From an uncultured Bacilli bacterium (GTDB taxonomy: Bacteria; Bacillota_I; Bacilli_A; RF39; UBA660), in NCBI GenBank assembly GCA_947632265.1, contig CANROP010000001.1:1-45390 (forward strand): a DNA stretch of 45,390 nucleotides, given 5' to 3'. The notes beneath the pieces are model-generated. The model searched no databases, was not told where the DNA came from, and saw only the letters and a list, made by a program, of their open reading frames with translations. Made by a program: the position numbers and the translations under genes. This document shows, one piece after another, positions 14,949 through 25,859 of the stretch (position 1 is the stretch's first letter; each line of letters starts with the position of its first letter).

Positions 14949-16002
14949 TTTTGCCTCCTAATAATCTTTCAAATGAAACTATAATATTATTATTATAATC
15001 ATCTAATTTATCTTTAATTTTTTCTTTTTTAGTCGCTTTAGATAATTCATATATTGGATCATCATAACCTTTTATATCTTCTACATATTTTTCTAAATGC
15101 TTTGGAATAAATATATTAAGGCCTAATGTTTTAGCCTCTAATATAACCATTCCCTGCCCTTCATATCTAGACATTAAAACAAATGCATCCATCTTATTCA
15201 TATATACAAAAGGATTTTTTTGATTTCCTAAAAAAGTTATATATGAATTTAATTTTTTTTGATTTACAATTTTAGTTAATTTTTTCTTTTCATTTCCATC
15301 ACCTATAATATATAAATGAAAATCACTACGATATTCTAACAATCTTTCTATCTCAGAAATCAAAATATCAAATCCTTTTTGATGACACAATCTACCTACA
15401 GATACTATATTATAAGTATTACTATCTACATCAAAATTTATCTTTTCATGACAACTATTAAGTATTTCGTTTGTATCTATATAATTAGGAATAACAGTAA
15501 ATTTTGCGCCATTTATTTTATTTAATTTTTTAAAAGGTTCTATTACTCCATCAGATACACCAACAAATTCATCGAAGTATTTATATTTAGATTTAAAGAA
15601 ATGGTGTAAAATCCTATATTTAATTTCTGATTTTCTTTTCTCTACTACATCATTATGAATCCACATAATTTTTCTTTTAGCATTCGTACTAATCGCACCT
15701 AAAGCCGTATAATTTTGATAACTATCAAAATCAATCGCAACATCATAACCATTAAAATTAAATTTATTTTTAAATATAAACTTTACTATATTAAAATACA
15801 TAAATTTAGTTATAAATGGAAATTTATTTAAATAAGTTATTTTTATATTTGATGGAATTTTATTTTGAAAAAAGTTATTTTTTTCAAACAAAAATAAATC
15901 TATATTATATCCTTTAAAATTAAAATTATTTAATAAATTTATTAATGATTTCTGAATTCCTCCCACATTTAAATTATCACAAAAAATCGCTACTTTTTTC
16001 AA
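14941..16002 (-). CDS. Glycosyltransferase family 4 (GT-B fold)
   Basis: The N-terminus GGIQKSL and the C-terminal EGQGMVILEA (E-x7-E region) are present. It has a TTG start with an AAGGAG RBS. Confidence 0.8.
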   Translation of the reverse strand: MKKVAIFCDNLNVGGIQKSLINLLNNFNFKGYNIDLFLFEKNNFFQNKIPSNIKITYLNKFPFITKFMYFNIVKFIFKNKFNFNGYDVAIDFDSYQNYTALGAISTNAKRKIMWIHNDVVEKRKSEIKYRILHHFFKSKYKYFDEFVGVSDGVIEPFKKLNKINGAKFTVIPNYIDTNEILNSCHEKINFDVDSNTYNIVSVGRLCHQKGFDILISEIERLLEYRSDFHLYIIGDGNEKKKLTKIVNQKKLNSYITFLGNQKNPFVYMNKMDAFVLMSRYEGQGMVILEAKTLGLNIFIPKHLEKYVEDIKGYDDPIYELSKATKKEKIKDKLDDYNNNIIVSFERLLGGKND

Positions 16003-16349
16003 GAATTAAACATCTCCTTAACTCAAATAATTTTTAATAATAAATCTATTAATAAATTTATTATATAAATGAAATAATATAAGCAATGAAATTATTATAA
16101 AAATTATTGTTAATATAATATTTAAAATTGTAATATCAATTATACTTAACAATGAATACCTATTTAAAATAAATATAATATAAATATTTGCCACTCAATT
16201 TTAAAATTTTATTATATTTTATTTTTTTAGTTGAACTTTATCAACTTTATATTAATTATTGATATTTGATTCATTAGTATTATTTTTATATTAACTTTAA
16301 TTTTAACATTTACAAAAATCAATAATTTAAATTTTACATATCACTTTTA

Positions 16350-17288
16350 TTAATCAATAATTTTATCTATAAAATATCTTGGACGATGTTTAGTTTCCTG
16401 ATAAATCTTTCCAATATATTCTCCTACTATACCAATAGCAAGCACCTGAATTCCACCTAATAGCCATATTGATACTGCTATAAATGTCCATTCATTTACA
16501 GCATAGCCATTAAATTTGACAATCAAAGTATAAATTAAAGCCAGAAAGCTTAAAAAACTAACCACAATTCCAAAAAAAATTATCATTTTTATTGGTTTAA
16601 CACTAAATGAAGTTATGCCATCAAGTGCTAAATGTAACATTTTTCTTAAAGGATATTTGGATTCTCCAGCTTCTCTTTCTTTCCTTTCATAAGTAACAAT
16701 TGAACTTGAAAAGCCAATTAAAGGTACCATGCCACGTAAAAACAAGTTTACTTCTTCAAATTTTGAAAGAGCATCTAAACTCCTTTTAGACATAAGTCTA
16801 TAATCGGCATGATTATAAATAGTTTCCACACCCATTTTTTGCATAATTTTATAGAACCCCTGGGCTGTTACACGTTTAAATAATTTATCATTTTTTCTAG
16901 ATGAACGAACTCCATATACTATATCATCGCCATTAAGATATGCATCAACCATTTTATCTATGGACTCAATATCATCTTGTAAATCAGCATCTAATGATAT
17001 TGTAGCATCTGCACTTTCCTTTGCATACATAAGCCCAGCTAACAATGCATTTTGATGACCTACGTTTCTTGATAATTTTATACCTATAAAGGTTTTGTCT
17101 TTATCACATAAATCACTAATAATATTCCAAGTATTATCTTTAGAACCATCATTAACTAAAACAATCTTGCTATCTTTACCAATCTTTTTACTTTTAATTA
17201 AGTCAAGCATCTTTTGCTTTAATTTAGGAGCACTTATAGGTAACATTTTTTCTTCATTATAGCATGGAACAACAAAATATAATTTCAC
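16350..17288 (-). CDS. GT2 polyprenyl-phosphate sugar transferase (GtrB/CsbB-like) with two C-terminal TM helices
   Basis: Motifs VVPCYNEE, VNDGSKDNT and LDADLQD (DxD) are present, with two hydrophobic helices at the C-terminus. Confidence 0.85.
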   Translation of the reverse strand: MKLYFVVPCYNEEKMLPISAPKLKQKMLDLIKSKKIGKDSKIVLVNDGSKDNTWNIISDLCDKDKTFIGIKLSRNVGHQNALLAGLMYAKESADATISLDADLQDDIESIDKMVDAYLNGDDIVYGVRSSRKNDKLFKRVTAQGFYKIMQKMGVETIYNHADYRLMSKRSLDALSKFEEVNLFLRGMVPLIGFSSSIVTYERKEREAGESKYPLRKMLHLALDGITSFSVKPIKMIIFFGIVVSFLSFLALIYTLIVKFNGYAVNEWTFIAVSIWLLGGIQVLAIGIVGEYIGKIYQETKHRPRYFIDKIID

Positions 17289-17540
17289 TTTCTATTTCCT
17301 CCATTTCTTTAATTATATAATATCACAATTCAAATAGTAATAACAACCTATTATTAGTAAAAATGTTTTATTTCAAAATCTAAAATAAATAAATGGATTA
17401 TATGTTGATTGTATTAAAAATGTTACCGATATTAACTTTTTTTATGCGAAATTTCTCATAAAAAAGTTGCAAATTCAAATTTATTTAACATATTTAAAAC
17501 ATAAAAGGAATTACTTACCCCTTTTATCGTAAACATTCCT

Positions 17541-19028
17541 TTATATTTCAATATTTTTATTAGTAATTTTTTTCACTTTGTTATCTAAATATTCAAATAT
17601 AATTTTTACAATAGGTAATGATATTATTGTAAGCATTATATACTGATCATAACGATATCTAGTTTGACATTCAATAACCGTATGTACTAAAAAGTATCCA
17701 ATGAATATAATTATAAACAAATTATAAATATCAATATCTTTTTTATTTTTTATTTTATTTTTAAGATACAATATAACCGATATTAAAGAAAATATTATCA
17801 ATAATAAGTATTCAGCATAACCATATTTTACTAAAACTTGTCCACTCAATGTATCTTTATATCCTCGTTTAGCCCAATCTACTTGACAGTCAGGTTCTGC
17901 TGTAAAGTAATTTAGCCTATTTCTAATATATCTTAAAACACTGGCTGTATTGTGAAGATAAGAATCAATTATATATTTTTTTGATTTTTCATTGTATTCT
18001 TCATAATTAAAATTTTCTTTTTCTAATCCTAAATATGTTGTATTTTTAATTTTATCAATTGTTGGAATATTATGTAGTCCGTGCCACTGGAAACCTAAAA
18101 TATATTTAAAATACGGAACTTTTGGTTCAGTTATAGAAGAAGGAGCTAAATGAGTTTTTACTACTATAGTATTAATTGCTTCTGTTGTAATAAAGAAAGA
18201 TAATATAATCATTGTAAGATGTATTAAATTTTGCCTCCTAGAGCTTTTTTTAATAATTAGCCAAATAAGATAAAATACAAAACCAAGAAGAATAATAATT
18301 GATGATGGTCTAATTATAGTTGCAATTGACACTAACATACCACATAATATTTTGCCTAAGATTTTATCATTCTTGACGAAAAAATATAATCCAAGCATAT
18401 AAAAAAATGCAGTAATATGTTGATTATTAATAACAGAGCTACCCAGCACATTAAATATTAATGTGCTATAAACAATAGTAATTATAAGTGCAGATTTATC
18501 AGAAAAAATTTTTTTTACTGATTTATATAACAAAAGATTAGTAGCAGATAAAAAAATAATTTCTAATATTTTTAAAGCAGCTAAACTTCCACCAGTAAAA
18601 AACATTTCTATAGCCACAAATAATGTATGACCAATTTGATGATTATAATAATAAAAATAATTAGTTGGATCAAAACTTTGTTTAGCAAAAGTTCCATTTA
18701 TAACATCTTTTGCTCCATTAAAAATAACTTCATAATCAGAGATAGGTTGAGTTTTAGCAAATAACCCCCAAATTAAATAGATTATGAAAGATCCAAAAAA
18801 AATTATTAATGACAATTTTTTATCACTTTTTTGTTGTATTTTTGATAATTTACAATATAGAAAATACCATAACATTAAAATTATTATTGCAGGTATTAAC
18901 ACTAAAAATCCTGGATTTTTAAATAAATAATTTGATATATTAAACAAATAAAAAATAATAATAGCTATAAAAATTACACCAAAACTGTTATTAAAAACAC
19001 AATTTATAAATTTTTTCATTCTCATCAC
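17541..19028 (-). CDS. Multi-pass membrane protein, probable GT-C (ArnT/PMT-like) glycosyltransferase
   Basis: It has about 12 hydrophobic segments over roughly 495 aa. It lies directly upstream of, and is co-oriented with, the GtrB-like GT2 gene. Confidence 0.55.
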   Translation of the reverse strand: MMRMKKFINCVFNNSFGVIFIAIIIFYLFNISNYLFKNPGFLVLIPAIIILMLWYFLYCKLSKIQQKSDKKLSLIIFFGSFIIYLIWGLFAKTQPISDYEVIFNGAKDVINGTFAKQSFDPTNYFYYYNHQIGHTLFVAIEMFFTGGSLAALKILEIIFLSATNLLLYKSVKKIFSDKSALIITIVYSTLIFNVLGSSVINNQHITAFFYMLGLYFFVKNDKILGKILCGMLVSIATIIRPSSIIILLGFVFYLIWLIIKKSSRRQNLIHLTMIILSFFITTEAINTIVVKTHLAPSSITEPKVPYFKYILGFQWHGLHNIPTIDKIKNTTYLGLEKENFNYEEYNEKSKKYIIDSYLHNTASVLRYIRNRLNYFTAEPDCQVDWAKRGYKDTLSGQVLVKYGYAEYLLLIIFSLISVILYLKNKIKNKKDIDIYNLFIIIFIGYFLVHTVIECQTRYRYDQYIMLTIISLPIVKIIFEYLDNKVKKITNKNIEI

Positions 19029-19125
19029 CTTTCAAAATATATCACATTTTACTGAACAATGCAAATATGACATGAAGTTATTAAAATCATAGATACTACT
19101 CTTATTAAACTTAATAATGAACTTT

Positions 19126-19833
19126 TTATTTCTTTTTACCTCTATTTGTTATAAATTTAGCAAAAAGTTTTGCTTTCATTTTATTATTAATACTTAATTT
19201 CAAAAATTTATTAACTTTTCTAGCAAGTGGTTTTTTACCTTCTAACCAAGTGCCTGTAAAAACATGTATAGAAACTGAATCTTTAGACGGATTACAAAGA
19301 ATATTATCTGGATATACTACTATTCCATCTTTAAGTTCTTGATACTCGTTACCTATTTTACATCCAAAGTCATTTATCAATATATCAGAAACTAGTATCG
19401 TATTGTTATCTTCAAAATTAAAACTATATTTTTCTAAATCATCATAATATTTTAATATAGTTTTTAAAAGTGGATGGCCCTTTTCAGCACCAAAAACTGC
19501 AGTAAATGGGTATTTAGGATTTTCAAAGCCTACAAATGCACGATGTGATAGAAATTTATCAAAATTATCTAATATTAAAACATCTGTATCTAAGTATATT
19601 CCACCTTCATTATATATTACGTAAGCACGTATATAATCACTAACATAAGCCCACTTTTTAGCCTCATATGCAGCCTTACAAAAAGGATGAGAATTAATAT
19701 CAAAATTATTTTCATTCCATTCTATTATCTCATAATCTTTTAAATGTTTTCCCCAAGTTTTCATACATTTTTTTATATCTTTAGGCTTGTCCTTTCCACC
19801 AACCCATACATAATGAATTTTTTTTGGTATCAT
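19126..19833 (-). CDS. GT32-like glycosyltransferase (DXD sugar-transferase motif family)
   Basis: IPKKIHYVWVGG and GGIYLDTDV (DxD) are present. Confidence 0.7.
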   Translation of the reverse strand: MIPKKIHYVWVGGKDKPKDIKKCMKTWGKHLKDYEIIEWNENNFDINSHPFCKAAYEAKKWAYVSDYIRAYVIYNEGGIYLDTDVLILDNFDKFLSHRAFVGFENPKYPFTAVFGAEKGHPLLKTILKYYDDLEKYSFNFEDNNTILVSDILINDFGCKIGNEYQELKDGIVVYPDNILCNPSKDSVSIHVFTGTWLEGKKPLARKVNKFLKLSINNKMKAKLFAKFITNRGKKK

Positions 19834-19908
19834 ATAAAACCTCCTATTACTAATCTTAACTACATTATATTAAAATTTTATACATTTGTATATATTTTTT
19901 ATAATTAT

Positions 19909-21072
19909 TTATTTTATTATTATATTTACATCATAGTATATATCCATAAATTTTAATATATTAACAACATTATCATAATCCATTTTTGTTGTTTCTACTG
20001 TTTTAAAACCTTTTTCCATTTTCTTAAATAAATCATAATATAATTTTGGTAACTTATTATTTAACATGAGATTATTAAACTTTCTCATATCAGATCCTAA
20101 AAATACAGAGCTATTATCTATATTCTTTAATTTTATAGTATTGTTATTTTGTATATTTTTATAAAAATCTAATATTGCTTTATAATATGGATATTTATCT
20201 AAATTTTTTATTCTTTTATTAATCGCAAATTTTATTATTTTATATTTATTTTTACTTTCTTCTTTTTTATATATGCATTTGTAATTTAATCTTAATTTAT
20301 TAAAAGTTCTATAGACTAAATACTGAAAAGTATACATAGGTAAATTATAATATTTCAATAATCCAATTAAAGTTCTTAATTCCCCATTCAATACATTTAA
20401 AACACCTATCTCATTATTTATATAATTTCCTTCAAAAATTCTATATTTAATAAACTTAAAATCTACTTTTTGTACATTCAACATAGAGGCTTTTTTTAAA
20501 TCTATTGATAGCCAGTATGGCATATTCCAATTTAAATAATTATTATAAACTTCTTTAAAAAATACATTCTTCTTCCAAAATGCAAAATCTATATATAATT
20601 GTCTACCTAACCAAAGTGTTTGTAAAGCAAGTTCATCGTCTGAATTCTTATAATTTCTTATTTTTTGAACACCTATATTATTTGAATTTCCATCTATTAA
20701 ATCCAAATCCCCTAGTATCGCATCATAGTCATGAGTTTCAAAATAATTTATCGCTTTTGAAAAAACATTTTCATCTGTTAGTAAGTCATCTGAATGAAGT
20801 ATATAAATAATAGAATCATCTTCATGGACATAATTCATTCCATTTTTAATAGCATTCAATTGATCAGAATTGTCCTGATAAACATATTTTACTTTATTTT
20901 CTAAATGATTTTCATTAATAAATTTATTTACTAATTCCTTTGTATTATCGCTAGAGCCATCATCTACTATGATTAAATTCCAGTTTTTGTAAGTCTGTAC
21001 TAATACTGAATTTAATGTTTCAATAATACTATTTCCATCGTTATATGTTGGCATTATAACATATATTTTCAT
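19909..21072 (-). CDS. Glycosyltransferase family 2
   Basis: VIMPTYNDG, IVDDGSSDNT and HSDD are present. Confidence 0.8.
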   Translation of the reverse strand: MKIYVIMPTYNDGNSIIETLNSVLVQTYKNWNLIIVDDGSSDNTKELVNKFINENHLENKVKYVYQDNSDQLNAIKNGMNYVHEDDSIIYILHSDDLLTDENVFSKAINYFETHDYDAILGDLDLIDGNSNNIGVQKIRNYKNSDDELALQTLWLGRQLYIDFAFWKKNVFFKEVYNNYLNWNMPYWLSIDLKKASMLNVQKVDFKFIKYRIFEGNYINNEIGVLNVLNGELRTLIGLLKYYNLPMYTFQYLVYRTFNKLRLNYKCIYKKEESKNKYKIIKFAINKRIKNLDKYPYYKAILDFYKNIQNNNTIKLKNIDNSSVFLGSDMRKFNNLMLNNKLPKLYYDLFKKMEKGFKTVETTKMDYDNVVNILKFMDIYYDVNIIIK

Positions 21073-22592
21073 TTTACTACCACTCCTTTAAATTTTCTTA
21101 GTAAATACATAATTCTATCATTAACTTTTCTAAATGATTTAAATATTATCATATATATAGTATATAGTAAAATTAGTGTGACAAGTGAATAGATTACTGC
21201 ATATAATAACCAAATAAATATTGAATTCATAGAAGGTATTCCAATAATTTTTATAATAGTTATTAATGCAATTGTTATTAAAAGGCATGCAAAATATTTA
21301 ATAAAATATTTACGTGGTTTTTCTTCAAATACATTTTTATATATATAATATGGAAAATATAAAAATGTGGTTATCATAGTAGATATTACTGTACCAAGTA
21401 AAACACCATTTATTCCCATACTGAATATCAAAATTATAGATAAAGTAAAGTTTAAAAATGCTTCAAGTAATATAGCTTTATTACTTTCTTTAAATAATCC
21501 TAAACTATTTATAAGTATATATATTGGACGAACTGATATATTTCTATATGTTATAAATATAAACAAGAATAATCCAAATAAATCTATTAAATATTCTTCT
21601 CCTACCCATAATGATATAAAATTATTAAATAATACATACAAAGTAACACTTATAAAAGATGCGATAAAATAAAATACTATATTTAATTCTTCAAACACTT
21701 CAAACTTATTTTCTTCATTTTTATTGTTTATTATATTAGCATAACTAGGAGTTATTGCCGATGCGATCATAAATACTAAATCCGTTATAAACTTTGAAAT
21801 ATAATTATATGAAGTATATATTATGACTGCAACTGGATTAATAATAGAAGAAATTAAAATTATATCTGTATTACTATAAAATATTCCAGATAATTTTTGA
21901 CTTATTAAAACGTATTTATCCTTTAGATATTCTTTATTATATTTTTTAGTATAAGTAATCCAAGGATATAGTTTATAAATTTTTTGATTTATAATATAGT
22001 TAAATAAAATATTTATTCCTATTCCAGGTAATAAAACATATAAATAATCTACACCCATAAGTACTAAAATAATTTCAACTGAATTTTCAATAATCTTGAT
22101 TAGATTTACTAAAATATTAATTTTATACATTTTTTGATCAGCTTGTATTATATATCTTGGTGTGCTTAAGAAATAATCTAATGAATTTCTAAATACAAAT
22201 ATAATAAATATAATTTGAATATAAGTTTTATCAACTGAAACATTTGCAAATATATCTATAAAAAATGAAAGTATAATAGAGGCGACAATCATAAAATATC
22301 CAATTCTTCTAAAGAATATTTTAAGAGTACTATACAAATTGTTTATTTCATCCCTATCATTTGTAATAAATGATTTATACATTTTCTGAACAATTATTAC
22401 TCCAAATCCTGCATCCGCTAAAGCAAGATAACTCATGATTTGATAAAATAATTGATTTAATGAATAGATATCTTCTGATAATCCACCTACAAATACTTTA
22501 ACTTTTAAAAATCCAAGTAAACCTATTATCATGTAGGGTATTAAAGTTGTAATAATATTTTTTAAAGAATTAGTTGTTCTCAATAAATTCAC
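21069..22592 (-). CDS. Polysaccharide flippase (Wzx/MOP superfamily)
   Basis: About 507 aa with 12-14 hydrophobic helices, positioned inside a glycosyltransferase cluster. Confidence 0.75.
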   Translation of the reverse strand: MNLLRTTNSLKNIITTLIPYMIIGLLGFLKVKVFVGGLSEDIYSLNQLFYQIMSYLALADAGFGVIIVQKMYKSFITNDRDEINNLYSTLKIFFRRIGYFMIVASIILSFFIDIFANVSVDKTYIQIIFIIFVFRNSLDYFLSTPRYIIQADQKMYKINILVNLIKIIENSVEIILVLMGVDYLYVLLPGIGINILFNYIINQKIYKLYPWITYTKKYNKEYLKDKYVLISQKLSGIFYSNTDIILISSIINPVAVIIYTSYNYISKFITDLVFMIASAITPSYANIINNKNEENKFEVFEELNIVFYFIASFISVTLYVLFNNFISLWVGEEYLIDLFGLFLFIFITYRNISVRPIYILINSLGLFKESNKAILLEAFLNFTLSIILIFSMGINGVLLGTVISTMITTFLYFPYYIYKNVFEEKPRKYFIKYFACLLITIALITIIKIIGIPSMNSIFIWLLYAVIYSLVTLILLYTIYMIIFKSFRKVNDRIMYLLRKFKGVVVK

Positions 22593-23764
22593 CGCCTTAA
22601 CATATTTTTGATTGAAGATAATTTCACTCTTATATATTGTTTAAATTTATCTTTTTTAGTATAAACATAATAATTTGAAATTGTTTCATAAATTTCTTGC
22701 TTGTTTTTATTTTTTATATCTGAGTATAATTTTTCTCTTTTACTAATATCTATCTCATAATTTGAGAAAGTTTCATTAAGTTTTTTTAATTCATCTATAT
22801 CTGATTCAAACACTTCAAATTTATCTTTAATTTCATCAAATATTTTTTTTGCTTTATCAGAATTTATAACTAAATGTGAAACTCCAAAATAATTATACTT
22901 TGTATTTTTTGACTTTTTCACTTTCCAAAAATCAGCAAGTTTAAAATCAGAATTACTATTTAACTCTCTATACTTACATTCATAACATGAATTTCTAAAT
23001 GATATTGCAGAAAAAACTAAATTACAAAGTACCGAATAATTTCTATAAATATATTTTTTAACCCCATTTTCAAAATATATACAATTTGAAAAATTTAACC
23101 ATCCATTCTTTTTATTTCTAAATTCAAATTTTACTATTTTTGAATTATATTTTTTCTCATAGTATGCGATAAATGACTCAAGAAATATACTACTAGGTAC
23201 TCCCTCACACACGAAATCTAGACAAATTAAATTATCATAATCTTTTCTTAAAAATAACTTAAGTGCCGCTATTTGGCATGGTGTGCCACTAAATAATACA
23301 ATCCTATCTTGTTTTAGAAATTTTTCTACTTGTCTATAGTTATTAGAAACATCACTTTGTACATACTTAGATCCCATAAATTCGAATATTCCTTCCATAG
23401 ATTCGGTATAAGAATGAACGACATTTAAACTTTTATCATATTTTGCGCCAAATACGACACCATTTTTTCTAATAACATAATTAGCTATCTCAAAAAACAC
23501 CCCACCAGATGTACTTTTTTTTCTTATTTTTTTATTTTTATTATAGACTCCAACTACAATAGGTTCAAACTTTATCTTATTTTTTAACACATTAATAAAT
23601 GGACAATTCATCTCACATATATGACAATTTATACATTTTTCTTTATCGACAACAGGATACCAAAATCCTTCCTCGTTTTTTTTCAAACTTATACACTTTT
23701 TAGGACATAGATTTACACAATTTTGACATCCACAGCATTCACTTTCTTTTTTAATTTCTATCAT
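22589..23764 (-). CDS. FrhB/FdhB-like (coenzyme F420 hydrogenase beta-like) 4Fe-4S protein
   Basis: Two ferredoxin-type cluster motifs are present, CCGCQNCVNLCP and CINCHICEMNCP. The body resembles FrhB and the gene overlaps the pyruvyl-transferase gene by 4 nt on one side. Confidence 0.7.
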   Translation of the reverse strand: MIEIKKESECCGCQNCVNLCPKKCISLKKNEEGFWYPVVDKEKCINCHICEMNCPFINVLKNKIKFEPIVVGVYNKNKKIRKKSTSGGVFFEIANYVIRKNGVVFGAKYDKSLNVVHSYTESMEGIFEFMGSKYVQSDVSNNYRQVEKFLKQDRIVLFSGTPCQIAALKLFLRKDYDNLICLDFVCEGVPSSIFLESFIAYYEKKYNSKIVKFEFRNKKNGWLNFSNCIYFENGVKKYIYRNYSVLCNLVFSAISFRNSCYECKYRELNSNSDFKLADFWKVKKSKNTKYNYFGVSHLVINSDKAKKIFDEIKDKFEVFESDIDELKKLNETFSNYEIDISKREKLYSDIKNKNKQEIYETISNYYVYTKKDKFKQYIRVKLSSIKNMLRR

Positions 23765-23768
23765 TATA

Positions 23769-24833
23769 TCATATCCCTTTAATAATACTGTCTATATATT
23801 CAAAAGACTTCTTTTTGTATTCATCTAGTCTTTGATTAACTTTTTTATAATCAATTTTACTACCATCTATTACTGAGTTTTTATCAATAAATCTTGACAT
23901 TAAATCTAGTTTCTTTAATATATTAATTATTCTATCATTTTGATTGTTATTTTCACTATCTTCAAATCGTTTAAGTGAATAAAATTCAATATTAAAATTT
24001 ATAGAAAATAATGTTCCATGATAAGAATCAGTAAAAAACATAAAACAATTATTAATGAAATCTAAAAATTCAAATGGTCCTAAATCTTCAAGTATGACAT
24101 CACCGAATTTTTGACTTTCCTTTATGCATATATTTATAACTTTTTTGTTTTCTCTTTTAGCAAACTCTAATATTATATTTTTGTACTTACATTCATCTCC
24201 TATTAGATAACATAAAACATAATCACTATAAGGTACTTTATTACTATTCATTAACCAATCATTTTTATTAATTAAAAGTGTTGGATCTAATACTTCTAGA
24301 ATATCTCTATCTATTATTTTGCTTAAAATTTCTATTCCCTTTTCTTCTCTTACTGAAATAAGTTTAAACTTTGGTAAAAATGTTTTTATTTGATTTTTTT
24401 CAATTTCACTATAATCGTCTATAACTGTAGAAGCAGCATAGGAAAATTTGTTTTCAGATTCTGTAAAATCAAATAAGTAAGTTTTATCAAATCTATTAGA
24501 AGCCCATATTTGATCACTTCCACATACATAAATATCAAATTTTTCAAGAGTTTTTAACTCTTTACCACTCGCACACATCTTTGTTTCTATAAATAATTTT
24601 TTTCTAGAATCATAAAATTTCTTTTTTCTTAAATCTTTTCCTTTTTTAAAAGGCAAATTATATTTAATTAATCTTAATAATTCATTTATCTTTCCTGTCT
24701 TAGCTCCAGGCCTATAATTGATTAATTTTACATCTAATCCTTTTTGTTTAAATATTGTATAAATAGAATATGCTTGTAAAAAACTTCCATAATTATCTAA
24801 ATAATGCCATGTTAAAATTCCACACTTCCTCAT
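23769..24833 (-). CDS. Polysaccharide pyruvyl transferase family protein
   Basis: MRKCGILTWHYLDNYGSFLQAYS is a typical N-terminus for this family. Length is about 350 aa and the FrhB-like partner is adjacent. Confidence 0.7.
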   Translation of the reverse strand: MRKCGILTWHYLDNYGSFLQAYSIYTIFKQKGLDVKLINYRPGAKTGKINELLRLIKYNLPFKKGKDLRKKKFYDSRKKLFIETKMCASGKELKTLEKFDIYVCGSDQIWASNRFDKTYLFDFTESENKFSYAASTVIDDYSEIEKNQIKTFLPKFKLISVREEKGIEILSKIIDRDILEVLDPTLLINKNDWLMNSNKVPYSDYVLCYLIGDECKYKNIILEFAKRENKKVINICIKESQKFGDVILEDLGPFEFLDFINNCFMFFTDSYHGTLFSINFNIEFYSLKRFEDSENNNQNDRIINILKKLDLMSRFIDKNSVIDGSKIDYKKVNQRLDEYKKKSFEYIDSIIKGI

Positions 24834-25759
24834 CGGTTATCTCCTCTTAAGATTATTTTATAATACAATGATTCTTTATCAAAATTTTTAATATTTTTAT
24901 ATGAAAGTTTGTGAATCTTATTTGTTTTTAATAGTTCATTATAAGTTTTTTCATCGTATTTACAATACATAATTCTTTGTAATTCATGAATTTTTTGATT
25001 ATTATAATCAACATTATCAAATCTATCTTTAATTAGTTTATTACTTTCATAACTAAGTTTTATAAAATAATCTATTAAAAAATAATCTATTAATAAATCA
25101 TATTTTTTGTGATATGAATTTAATAATGAGCTCATCACTTCATAAAATTCAGGATTAATTCCTCCAATGAAAAAACCACACCAAATACCTTTTGATATAC
25201 TAGTTACATCATCACATTTAAATTTTACAGTATAAAATTTATCAAAGTTTTTTGTATTAAAGACATTATCAGTGAACATTATTGTAGAATCAATCCAAAA
25301 TCCACCATATTTTTTTAATAAATTAAATCTAAGAATATCTGATAAATGTGTGATTGTCATAGTTCTCAATTCTATTTTTTTTAACATATAATCAGGAATA
25401 TTGTAATATTCATTTATATTATTCTTGTCAATTATAATTACATCTTTATCTTTATTATATAATTTTATACTTTGAACACATTTTTTTACTAATTCAGGAG
25501 CATTTTCTACTCCTTGCCACCAAAATACCCAAATCTTATTACTCACTACTTCAATATCTGATTTATAATTTTTATAATAATTTAATTCATCAGAAAAATT
25601 TTGCTTTAAAAATTTTAAAATTTCATTATTTTTTATAACTTTTAATTTAGTATTTAATTTTTTTAAAATATTAAACTTATTTAACATTAATATTAAAATT
25701 TGACATATCCAAATTTTAAAGCCAAAAGTTTTTAAATAATTATATGAATACTTATACAT
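24830..25759 (-). CDS. Capsular polysaccharide synthesis protein (GT32-like)
   Basis: KIWVFWWQG, the motif SDILRFNLLKKYGGFWIDST and the locus context. Confidence 0.6.
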   Translation of the reverse strand: MYKYSYNYLKTFGFKIWICQILILMLNKFNILKKLNTKLKVIKNNEILKFLKQNFSDELNYYKNYKSDIEVVSNKIWVFWWQGVENAPELVKKCVQSIKLYNKDKDVIIIDKNNINEYYNIPDYMLKKIELRTMTITHLSDILRFNLLKKYGGFWIDSTIMFTDNVFNTKNFDKFYTVKFKCDDVTSISKGIWCGFFIGGINPEFYEVMSSLLNSYHKKYDLLIDYFLIDYFIKLSYESNKLIKDRFDNVDYNNQKIHELQRIMYCKYDEKTYNELLKTNKIHKLSYKNIKNFDKESLYYKIILRGDNR

Positions 25760-25859
25760 AATTTTTTCACCCTCTCATTATGTAAAATTCAATATACATA
25801 TATATTGTAATATATTTTTAGTAAAATAAAAAGACTGTTTTTAAATTTTTAACAGTCTG

